From Heterodontus francisci (taxonomy: Eukaryota), in NCBI RefSeq assembly GCF_036365525.1, contig NC_090383.1:105119397-105183396 (forward strand): DNA of 64,000 nt. Reading direction: 5' to 3'. The translations under genes were made by a program, and so were the position numbers. The notes beneath the pieces were generated by a model that worked only from the letters and a program-made list of their open reading frames with translations, ran no database searches and was not told the origin of the DNA. Numbering within the stretch: position 1 is the first letter of the stretch; each line of letters opens with the position of its first letter. Of this stretch, positions 1 through 11,529 are shown piece by piece.

Positions 1-245
1 AGAAATATCTGCGCTCAATTAAAATGGACCACTTCAGCATCCCTGATTGCAATTGCTCCATTGGTGGCTTTGCCTTTTGTTTCCTAGACTTTAACCTCTG
101 GAATTCCCTCTGTAAACCTTTCTACCTTACTTTCCTCCTTTAAGACGTTCCTTAAAATCTACCTCTTTGACCATCTGCTCTAATAGCTCTTTATGTGGCT
201 GTGTCAAATTTTGTTTAATAACGCTCCTGTGTGCTTTGGGATATA
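1..245 (+). mobile_element. L2-clade LINE 3' fragment (its tail resumes at ~2053-2095 after a CR1 insertion)
   Basis: L2 3' sequence (ctctggaattccctc...ttaagacgttccttaaaatctacctctttgacca...gctttgggat). Tail aaaggcgcgatgtaaatacaagttattgttg at ~2063-2093. Confidence 0.6.
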
Positions 246-249
246 CAAA

Positions 250-2052
250 TACCCTTAATAACCTTCCGCCCCCTTGCTTATCAAGAATCTATCTACCTCT
301 GCCTTAAACATATTCAAAGACTCTGCTTCCAGCGCCTTTTATGGAAGAGAATTCCAAAGACTCACGACCCTCAGAGAAAAAAATTCTCCTCATCTCGGTC
401 TTAAATGGGCGACCCCTTATTTTTAAACAGTGACCCCTGATTCTCCCACAAGGGGAAACATCCTTTCCACATCCACCCTGTTAAGACCCCTCAGGATCTT
501 ATATGTTTCAATCAAGTTGCCTCTTACTCTTCTAATTTTCAGCAGATACAGGCCTAGCCTATCCAATCTTTCCTCATGTTAGCCTGCCCATTCCAGGTAT
601 CAGTCTAGTGTAAAGGCCGGCTCGGGTCTGCAAATGAAACCCAACCTGAGCCCGACAGAACCACATCCAATCAGAGCCCAACCCGGCCCGAGTCCTTTCA
701 TTTTATCCCGCACCCGACCCAAACATCAGTTACCCTAGCTTCTGTTTTTCACTTTGTTGCTTATCTGCACAAACTTAAAAAAACTGTAACTAAACAACCT
801 TTCAAGTCCAAAAAGTACATTGACATTGAAGTCACGTACTGGAGGTGGTGATACAGTGTGTCCGACCCGCACAAACTGAGCCCGAATGCCAAACCCGACA
901 CATGTCGTCGGGTTCGGATCGGATATCCAAGTTCTGGTCTAGTGAACCTTCTTTGAACTGCTTCCAATGCATTTACATCCTTCCTTAAATAAGGAGACCA
1001 ATACTCCAGATGTGATCTCACCAATGCCCTGTATAGCTAAAGCATAACCTCCCTACTGTTGTATTCAATTCCCCTCGCGATAAACGATAACATTCTATTA
1101 GCTTTCCTAATTACATGCTGTACCTACCTACTAACCTTTTGCGATTCATGCACTAGGACACCCAGATCCCTCTGCATCTCAGAGCTCCGCAATCTCTCAC
1201 CACTGAGATAATATGCGTCTTTGTTATTCTTTCTGCCAAAATGGACAGCTTTGCATTTCCCCACATTATACTCCATCTGCCAGATTTTTGCCCACTTGCT
1301 TAACCGATCTATATCCCTTTGTAGCCTCCTTATGTCCTCTTCACAACCCACTTTCCTACCTATCTTTGTGTCATCAGCAAATTTAGCAACCATACCTTTG
1401 GTCCTTTCATCTATGTCATTTACATAAATTGTAAGAAGTTGAGGCCCCAGCACAGATCCCTGTGTGGCACACCACTCGTTACATCTTGCCAATCAAAAAA
1501 TGATCAATTTATGCCTACTCTGTTTCCTGTTAGCTAGCCAATCTTCTATCCATGCCAATACATTACCCCCTACACCATGATCTTTGATTTTCCACAATAA
1601 CCTTTGATGTGGCACCTTACCAAATGCCTTCTAGAAATCTAAGTACAATACATCCACCAGTTCCCCTTCATCCACAGCACATGTAACTCTATCAAAGAAC
1701 TCCAATAAATTGGTTAAACATGATTTCCCTTTAACAAAACCATGTTGACTCTGCCTGATTACCTTCAATTTTTCTAAATGTCCTGCTAGAACGTCTTTAA
1801 TAATAGCTTCTAACATTTTCCCTAAGAGAGAGGTTAAGCTAACTGGCCTGTAGTTTCCGGCTTTCTGTCTCCCTCTTTTTTTGAATAAAGGAGTTACATT
1901 GGCTATTTTCCAGTCTAGCGGAACCTTCTCCGAATCTCGGGAATTTTAGAAAATTAAAACAAACGGATCAACTATCTCACGAGCCACTTCTTTTAAGACC
2001 CTAGGATGAGGCCCATCAGGGCCCGGGGTCTTGTCAACCCGCAGTTCCAACG
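250..2052 (-). mobile_element. CR1 LINE, 5'-truncated and decayed
   Basis: Minus-strand RT fragments QHGFVKGKSCLTNLLEFF, QGSVLGPQL, KFADDTK, HLEY..WSPYLRKD, with frameshifts. Confidence 0.92.
611..936. mobile_element. Non-autonomous hAT-like DNA element inserted in the CR1
   Basis: 8-bp direct repeat GTCTAGTG at 603-610 and 937-944, close to the NTCTAGAN hAT/Charlie-type target. Internal acccga/cccga repeats. TIRs weak. Confidence 0.7.
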
Positions 2053-2279
2053 TTTTATTACGTTAAAGGCGCGATGTAAATACAAGTTATTGTTGGAACT
2101 GATTGGAGGAGACGCCATGAAACCACCACCGCTCCTCTGGTTTGATTCAGACCCATGTCCGGGGTGAGAGAGGGAGCCTGAGTCGGATAGATCTCCGAAC
2201 GAGAAGCAATGGAGTCACGTTATTATACATTAAGATTAATATTAAAATGTAAAACAACCGCACAAACATGCAACCCCTG

Positions 2280-2834
2280 ACCCCGGCGATAACTCACAAA
2301 TTGGTAGCGACAGACGTCAATGTCTGCGAGCGGGACGGACGCGGGTATTTAAACAGCTAATAAACGCTTTTATTTAGTTTGCTTTTTTTTTGCGATATCT
2401 ACTTTTCAAATATGGATCCCGATTCCGTTATTATTCCTCCTATTACTTGGTGTTCGATATTGAGAACGTTTCATATAAAACTCACCTCAGGACCACATCA
2501 GCACACAATTAAAGACTCTTCAACATTTACCGCCAAAATTTTGGGATCCAATGCTGAGCAAGGCAGATTCTGGTTGGCCACTCCCGAAATCCAATGGGAG
2601 AGTGTTTTGTTGGGATGTGGGTGGAGCATCACCTGATCCGGCCCGCGGCCCCGCCCCCGGGCTGGGGTGGTTGTTTCCGGCTGTGAGGGCGGCGGCACGG
2701 AAGGTGTTCGCCTTTCTGACGTTGTGGTGGAGTTAGGGTGGCTGCGGTGCGCAAGAGATTGAATGTTTAGCGGAGGCAATTCGCTTGGGGTCTCGAGTGC
2801 AGGCCCGCCCCTCAGCGCTAGTGGTACCGGCGCC
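2280..2834. promoter_or_regulatory. CpG-island-like promoter/5' region of YIPF4
   Basis: Local CpG enrichment, GC box ccccgcccc (~2649), ETS-type ttccgg/cggaag, CRE-like gacgtca (~2313) and tgacg (~2717). Confidence 0.7.
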
Positions 2835-2922
2835 ATGAGTTCGGACAGTAGCGGCTTGCAGCGGCAGCATTTCAGCCCCAACAACGGGGACTTCACCTTC
2901 GTTTCTTCGGCTGATGGTGAAG
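2835..2922 (+). CDS. YIPF4: YIPF4 coding exon 1 (MSSDSSGLQRQHFSPNNGDFTFVSSADGE)
   Basis: ATG in gcgccATG Kozak context. NGDFTFVSSAD matches the vertebrate YIPF4 N-terminus. Donor G|gtaggc, phase 1. Confidence 0.93.
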
Positions 2923-3274
2923 GTAGGCCCAAAGTTTTGTCACTGTTGCTGTGTGGATGCTTTGGTGGGGACGTCAAGTAATCTAGAGTTATTTACGGCA
3001 GGCTGAGGTAGGTGGAGCCCGAGGCCGTACTGAAAAAGAGGATTCCTTAACGATTTGGGAAAGTTGCCTTTTCCTGTTTCTAACGGTGTTTGGATTCTGT
3101 GTTCTCTGATTTCCTATTAAATTAGGCACAGCTTTGCGCAACAGGCCCATACCGATCCCAAATGTCTAACTCACTGCTTCGCCCAGATTCTACCACTTTT
3201 GTGTTTTAATGTTAGTCCATTTTACTTTCGCTGACTGGTATTCTCAAATTGTTCTCAGATGCTGATAATTCAAC

Positions 3275-3930
3275 AGTGACTTGTATTTGCATAGTGCATT
3301 TAATGTAGGTAAAATGCCCCCAAGGAATTTCATGGAAGTGTAGTCAGATAAAAAATGGATGCTGAGTCAAAGAAGGCAATGTCAGGTCGAAGAGGTGGGT
3401 TTTTAGGAGTGTATTTAAAGGTCAGGGAAGGCTGCATGGTTTGTGGCGGGGCCAAAGATGATTGCATCGGTCTTCCCTACTGGTTGAAATTATGACTCAT
3501 TCAGGACAGGGTGTCAAGGTTGACAACACACAATGAAGATGTGGGAGAGATGTGGAGGCACAACTGGGTGTAATCATAAACATGTGGAAGCTGATCTTGT
3601 ATCTTTCATATTGCCATGGGGTTGTATGTAGAAGAGGAGGTCACGGATAGATCTTTGGGATGTGGGTGGAGTGCAGTGGGGATCTCCACGAGTAAAAGTG
3701 TAAGGGTGGGAAGAGAAACCATTGCTGAAGATGCCCTGGCTACAGTTGGCTAGTTAAGAGTGGAATCAAGTGAGGGCTGTCCCACTCAGATGGACAACAG
3801 AGAGAAGGTGTTGGAGGTGTTGTGCTCAACCAAAGACCGCAGAGAGGTTAAACAGAATGAGGATGGAGAGTGCACCATTGTCAAATGCACAGATAATGTC
3901 ATTTATGATTAATTAGAATCATTTTAAGTA
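3275..3930 (-). mobile_element. Old L2 LINE fragment
   Basis: Reverse-complement L2 tail (acttgtatttgcatagtgcatttaatgtag...) followed by degraded L2 body. Confidence 0.5.
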
Positions 3931-4904
3931 TGGTTTACTGCTTAAAATGCTCTACAGTTTGAAGGATAAAATCGAAAATTGTACAGATGGGCACCTTCTA
4001 TGGCTTGAGAGAAACAGTAGAAAAACTTTACATACATACACACTGATATAAACTTTACTGGCATCTTGGGTAACAAAAGACTGTAGGCTGCTGCTGTGAA
4101 AATTGTCTGTGCTTGTCATTACGCTTTACTGACATTTTGCTGAACTGCTGAATTGATGTACTTGAGATAGTCTCTCAAATGCTCACAAAGTGATGCAATG
4201 GCTGGTGTGTGCTGCATTGTGCATTACATCTGCTACAGAGCAAACAGTAATTAAAAATCATTAAGGCAGACTTTGTCTTCGAGTCATTTCAGATTCTGCT
4301 GTATGTAACTACTGAGTGCTTATAGGTGACCTGGCAACACTATGATGGAGTAATATTGACTGGATCTGTAATAAACCTATAAAAGGAATTTATTACACTA
4401 ATGTGTATTCTGTATGCCAGGGGAAAGGAAGGGTATGGGTGGGTGGGTGGGGGAGGGGAAGCAACAGAGAAAGAAATATTCTCTCTTCAGAGATGAACTT
4501 TTGAGTTGGAGAAAATGATTAAATTTAAAGTGTGAGCCTCATTAAAGTGAAATATTCAATATTTTAATTGCTTTGTTAGTGAGTTGCTCAAATAATACAA
4601 AAATGAATTCTTAAAATAAATTCTATAAATAAAATAGTCAACATGGAAAATTTATAGTTTTAATAAATATTCAATCAATTTGGGCACTTTTTCCAGAAGT
4701 TTTTTGATCTTACAAACTGAAACTTGCATACAAAGTATCTTTGATCACAAGGTAAACAAGCTATTTTTTGTACCACTGAGCTATACAACAGAAATAGTAA
4801 AAGACACTGCAGTACACTCCTACTCCCTCCAAATCTGAGGGGGTGGCATCCAGTGAAAACTGACTCATGTAGTTCAGGCTAAACAAGATTAAACTATGTT
4901 AAAT

Positions 4905-5027
4905 GAACATACGAATTAGGAGCAGGAGTAGGCCATTCAACAAGATCATGGCTAATCTGATTGTAACCTCAACTCCACATTCCTGCCTACCCCAATAACC
5001 TTTCACCCCCTTGCTTATCAAGAATCT
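4905..5027 (-). mobile_element. CR1 3' end fragment
   Basis: gaacatacgaattaggagcaggagtaggccattc...cccttgcttatcaagaatc, the same family as 250-300. Confidence 0.75.
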
Positions 5028-5382
5028 TGAAGTAAAATTATAGATACAAAACAATGACCTTGTGAAAAATAATATTCCTTACCAGTACAATACTTTTAAA
5101 CCATCTTCTCATACCAATATAACTGTTCATGGAACTCGAGTCCCAACTATGTTCTATCTTGCCACTAAAACCTGAGCATGTGGCACTATCTGTTGAACTT
5201 AAAAGCAATGGTGAAACTCATCAAACCAGCTTTAGCTGCCTTTGAACACAGTCCCCAAGGACTGACTCTCGGACTCTTCCAAAATTCAATAGTATTTAAA
5301 ATAGGGCACCACTTCATTGTCTGATGAACAGATCAAACAATCAGGCCTGTATCTTTGTAGAAAAAATTGCATATGAAGTGAC

Positions 5383-6085
5383 TCCTGACAACACAGCCCA
5401 GTGCCAACGTCATCAGTGCGCTCCCAGCTTCGCACATGCGCAGAACGGACTCTTGCTGTCAGTATGGGGCTGCGCATGCACAGCCTACGTCAGCACCCGG
5501 CTTGCCGCTTCTTCACCCTCGGCCGCTCACTCCCCACTTCACCCCCACCCTCCCACCTACATTTGGACCACTCACTTGCGGCCTTGTCACTTCCTCCCCT
5601 CTGCTCTGCCCTTTCTCCTTTCTTCACCGCACGGGAGAAGTGGGGGAGAGAGCGAGAGTGACAAGATAGGGAGGGAGCAGAGGAGAGAAAGCGGCGAGGC
5701 CAGGAGCAAGGGCCCACAGGTGGGGTGGGGGGTGGTGAAGTAGAGAGCGAGTGGCTGAGGGAGGAGAAGTGGCCAGGTGGGGAGCAAGTGGTGAGCAGAT
5801 GGTCACGGGAGGCAGCAGTGAAGAGAAGCACAATGGCAGGAGGGAGCGGGGTACTGTTGAGGGTGGGATGGAGGCGGTGATCGCAACCACTGTCGCCATT
5901 TAGGTTTCATTTGTTTTCGTTTTTGTGATAAATTGAGCAGTGCCATCTTTACTACTGGCAGCTGCCAAAAGCGTCGCAGACAGTGATGTTTCTGTGCATG
6001 AGGCTGCATTTGTGCATTTGCCAGTACTGTGCCACCTAATGGTTGCATTGTCAGCAAATGCAGCTAATTGCATATGTTGTCAGGA
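5383..6085. mobile_element. GC-rich non-autonomous element bounded by inverted repeats
   Basis: TCCTGACAACA (5383-5393) and TGTTGTCAGGA (6075-6085) form a perfect 11-bp inverted repeat. Abrupt composition change relative to the flanks. Confidence 0.55.
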
Positions 6086-6998
6086 CGAATAATCAACCAA
6101 TTTTATCCTGGTAGGAGAATGTCTCTGAGCAATCAGAGGTGGGATACCCTCTGAAAATCCACTCCATTCCCTTGAAGATAAGCTAGTTTAAAAATCCCAA
6201 CTCATTACTCTCTATACATGCATTTAAAGCAATAATGTAGAAATAATATCCAGAAATTTAAATTAATTGCTATGATTTGAAACCAAATGTATCCTAGATG
6301 TCACACCCAATACTTTCATAATCGGGGCCATTTTAAAAGTTGGAATGTGAGAAAGAGTAGTGAGCTGTTTTGTGCCTTTTCCTGCAGAAAATGCAGTTTT
6401 GTCATTCATTTGCTGAGACTGTACGAGAGAACAGACCAGAACCCTCACCCCCACCACTCGCGTGACGTCACACAATCACAAGTTCCTGCGTGCATGGCAC
6501 AAGTTGTTATAAGCGCAAGCAATAACAGTGTAGTTTTAAAGCAAAATTTATATTAATGTTACAACATACAACTGCAAGATTAGATTTTCAACACCTATGG
6601 GGCTGAAAACCAAGAACAAACAATGGCTAAACATTTAGCCTAAACATGAGGCGGAAGCTCTCCAGCTTGGAATCAGACATCACCTCATTGGTGTCTGATC
6701 AAAAGCAATGCCATTCTTCCCATTAATTTCTGATTTTTTTTTTTGCGATGGCAAGTGAAAGAGGGTGAGATAGTACTAGTAGGTCGGCCGCAGGGTCTTT
6801 TTTCCCACCTAAGTGGATGAACAAGTTTGAAAATCACTGCAGTGGATAAAAAGGAGCATTCTTTCTTTAACTACTGAAGTTCAGATTGTGAGTCTGAGAG
6901 TTTATTCTCCATAATGTTTTACTTTAAATATGGTTGTTGGGTGAAGCAAAATGTTCATTTTTTTTTTTACCTGTGACTTATTCTCAAGGTGTGTTAAT

Positions 6999-7011
6999 CG
7001 GTTATATTTAT

Positions 7012-7042
<31 letters not shown>

Positions 7043-7680
7043 AGGGATGGAAATGGAGTGGGGGGGCCCATAAAATTGTATGGGAAGGCGGGGGTGCGGG
7101 GTGGAATGCCTGATGCCTTCCAATTTAGACTGGGGCAGGGAAGCCTGAGGATGTCTTCCAGCCCCTGGCCAATTGAGGCCATTAATTGGCTAATTAAAGG
7201 CCACTTACAGGGCGCCTCCACCTCTTATTTAATGGAGGACAGAGGGGCCCTCCACCTTGTGACGACACTGCCAGGCAAAACCTGGCAGCCACCAGCAGGG
7301 TTGGGGTGGGGGTCCCCTCCTTTGCGTGCAATCCACGGCACCCGCCTCCCACCAGCCAAACGCGTCAACGGGTTCTGCCTGAATAGCCCTAGTGACCCCG
7401 ACCCCACATCCCTCGGGATCTTCGGACTCTTCTGTGCACTGCCGCCTGCAGTACTGGCAATGGCCAATGCTCCCAGTGGCACTGCCGGCCTTCCAATTGG
7501 TCGGTAGCTCTTGGAGGCGGGAGCTCGTCCCTTAAAGGGATGGCGTCCCTGATGGCAGGCAGTTAATTGCCTGACCACTCTGACATAGCGCTGGAGGGGT
7601 CTGACAGAGGGCTGAGGTAGGATCTCCCCCCTCCACCTTTGGCCTGCTGCTGCGACCCTCGTCCCCCTAAATTCCGGCCC
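6999..7680. mobile_element. GC-rich MITE (PIF/Harbinger-like termini)
   Basis: Right end aaattccggccc resembles the terminus of 50663-51434. Left end is degraded. Confidence 0.55.
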
Positions 7681-8233
7681 GTAGACTTTTATGACTGTTG
7701 TGAAACTTGAAATACTCATTCAAGAAAAAAAAGCAGAAAAGTAAATAAGATTTATGGAGTGATTGTATTTGCAGAATTATGAAATTGGCATCTCCTGAAA
7801 AGTACATAAATGTTTAAGATCTATGATAGAATAAATTCTGGAAATTGCATGATACAACAATGAAGGAGACAGTAGAGGTAAGCCTGATCAATGTAAAATG
7901 TTCACGTGTGCTCTTCACAGGTTCCTTAGAGCCAAAAAGGAGAACACAATGTTTGAGGGAATTAGATGTGGCTGTATTGAGCAGGAAGATCATCGTGTCT
8001 TCTAGCTTGCATTAGCTTTTCTGCGTCTATTTCTTGTAGCACAACTCTTGTTAGCTAATAGAGATTCCTTTTTATGTAAATAATGGATTGAGCGCTCATT
8101 GAAAGTTTTCTCTGCAGTTTTTGGGTGGTTTTTCTCCACCAGTACAGACTATCTTTGATGACCAGGAGAAAATGTGGATGCAGCATCTGTTCAAAAATAT
8201 TGTAGGTGCAGTTTATGTGGAACCCAACTTTAA

Positions 8234-8641
<408 letters not shown>

Positions 8642-10152
8642 TAAAAATTACATTAATAAATCCATTGTGATTGAGTACCCATTTGGGTTGAAACAGGAGG
8701 TTGCTAACCTAGTGCAGCATAGGTTCAATCTAAATATTATCATTACTTATTATCTGGGAGTGCCCCCTTTTGTGTGCATATCTGGCTGAATACACAGTAT
8801 TGAAATGGACTTGTCACATGCCATATATAGGGCAAAAAGGGCCTGTATTTTATGTACTGAATTTTTTTTTTTGGACTTCCAAAAATTTTGCACTTTCCCT
8901 TACGCCTGTCCACAAGTAATCATTGTTGTTCTTGGTTTTGTTGATAGGGGTGGTGGCTGGAAGAGAGGAGGAACACTGTCTAACCAGACCAACTTTATTT
9001 GGGCTTCCATTTGAGATTTGTCTGAAGTTTTGGCTTGGGTCAATTGAGTAACTTTCCTAAAGCTTGATGGACGTCCTGGTCATATGCATTGTCATAGGCT
9101 GCCAAAGTCATTGCTTCATTGTTATGGGTACTTGATCCTGCATTGAAAGCTGCAATCCATTTAATACAGCTTAGAAAATGTTTCATAAACCTGGTTTCTG
9201 TAAGTCCAGTAGTAACTAAGAGCACAGTATCATGAAGCTTGAGATCCTGTTTCAAAATGCCAACTCTCATATTCTGAAATTACTTAACTCCGCTTCAATT
9301 GTTTAAACTCTAAATTTTTTATAGTATTAATGTCTACTGCATAGATTATTTCCCCTCAGTTTTTTGAGAATAGAGGCACAATTAAAAGAATGTGGCTAAT
9401 CAATTTAACAAATGATCAAAAGTAACTTCAAATTTTAAAGCAACATAAATTTTTTGTTACAGAATTTTATCTGCTACAACACTGATATACATGCTGATTT
9501 GAAATTCAGTTTTAGTTGACAATTAGAGATGTACTTAGTGTTTCTTTCAAATGAATTTTCAGTGATAAACAGTGACCTTGTCTGGGGATAGAATTCAATT
9601 TGTTCATTGCTAAATTGGATGGTAGTCCTGTGAGTGCGTACTTAATGGCAAACCTCATTTTTACTGTTTCCTCTTTGCTCCTTCTTCCTTGCTGAAGGCA
9701 TTGATTCTGATGTACGACTTAATTGCTGTCACACTTTGGTCCTTTGCCCAACATTTGTTAGCCTGAAGTGTGAATGGTAGCAAACATTGAGAAGTTGGGG
9801 TAGGGAGAGATGTTACAGCTGAGCCGGCCGGTGCAGACACGATGGGCTGAATGGCCTCTTTCTGTGTCATAATTTTTCTATAGTTCTATGGTTACACATG
9901 CACTGATCTTCTGCGGCCCTCCTGAGATCAACACCTGTTGGCACTTGAACCTGGGAACCTTCTGATGAGTGACGCTCACTTACGTTTTGCCTTAATCAAC
10001 TGAACCATTCAGAAAGCAAAGGGATTCCCTTATAGCCTATTGCTCAGTGACATTGGGATTAGTGTTTATGGTCCCTTTAGAGACTGGTCTTGGGCTGCAT
10101 TTTAAAAAAATATATGTTTAACCTAATGTTCCACGTGAACTGTCATTTCTAA

Positions 10153-10476
<324 letters not shown>

Positions 10477-10654
10477 TGAGAGGATGCACCAGCAGAATAA
10501 CAAATGGATTTTGTAGGGTAGGCAATACAAAGAAACTATTTCCTCTGAAGGGGGGAAATCCAGAACAAGGGGGGGCATTATCTTTAAACTAGCAGAGACC
10601 TGCAAAACAGTTGCGGTGAAATTAGTATCTTTAATACAACAGTCCGATTTCAAA

Positions 10655-11000
10655 TTGCCATTCCATCCTTCCCATGCCATACCCATCCCATTCCTCCATT
10701 TCCCCCCCCCCTCCCCCCCCCAATATCATACCCATCTCATCCTCCACCGCCCCCCATTCTTTTTATGCCATCCCCATTCCATCCCTCCCTTGCTATTCCC
10801 CCATTTCATCCCTTCCATGCCTTCCCACCACCCCCACTCCCAGGCTGTTCCCCACCCCACCCCCAAACCCCTTTCAAAGTCCTTCTCTTCTCTTTTCCCC
10901 CCCCCCCCCCCCAACACCCTCTTCTTCCTTTCCCCTTTTCTCCCTGCCCCCCCCCCCCCCCATTCCACCTCCCAAGCCCCTCCTCTTCTCCCTCCCCAGC
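10655..11000. repeat. Pyrimidine/C-rich low-complexity tract
   Basis: Poly-C runs and CT-rich sequence, which generate spurious Pro-rich ORFs. Confidence 0.85.
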
Positions 11001-11268
11001 GTTTCTTTAAATACAGGATTTCTAGTTATTCTTTCACCCAAGACTTTAACAGAATCAACATTTCTGACTCTGGAAAAGATATATAAAGCTGAGCATGTAT
11101 AAAAACATTGGGTTTAATATAAATTGCAGTTAGCAACCACTTCTCTGAAACATACTCCTATCTCAAAGTTTAATTGAATGCAATAAAGACAATTGTTTAA
11201 AAAAAAAATTGCAGTTGGCAACCACTTCACTGAAACAACATTTCTCACCTCTGTCAGTTTAATGCATT

Positions 11269-11416
11269 CTCTCTTTCTTTCTTTGGCCTCCTTGTCTCGA
11301 GAGACAGTGGATAAGCGCCTAGAGGTGGTCAGTGGTTTGTGGAGCAGCACCTAGAGTGGCTATAAAGGCCAATTCTAGAGTGACAGACTCTTCCACAGGT
11401 GCTGCAGATAAAATAA
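11269..11416 (-). mobile_element. RTE-clade LINE 3' end with 13-bp TSD
   Basis: Minus strand encodes CSTCGRVCHSRIGLYSHSRC (C-terminal zinc-knuckle-like motif). Flanked by AGTTTAATGCATT at 11256-11268 and 11417-11429. Confidence 0.85.
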
Positions 11417-11529
11417 AGTTTAATGCATTACTCTGAAGTAATTCTACAGCTTTTGCACTCAGCTGGACAGTCAGTGTCTTCCTTATTCAATCTCTCATTC
11501 AGCTCAAAATATCATAAGAAAAGGCTGTT

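Noticed and set aside
2498-2977. 159-aa minus-strand ORF overlapping YIPF4 exon 1
   Set aside because: GC-rich antisense frame with a non-ATG start and no recognisable homology.
7010-7719. Overlapping ~165-aa ORFs on both strands
   Set aside because: They lie within a GC-rich MITE with poly-C and show no transposase motifs.
9962-9990. Hammerhead or C/D snoRNA at ctgatgagtgacgctcac
   Set aside because: The hairpin is not followed by GAAA and no terminal stem or D-box arrangement is evident. It looks like the reverse strand of an old SINE head.
10616-11102. Pro/His-rich ORFs
   Set aside because: Low-complexity pyrimidine tract in YIPF4 intron 3.
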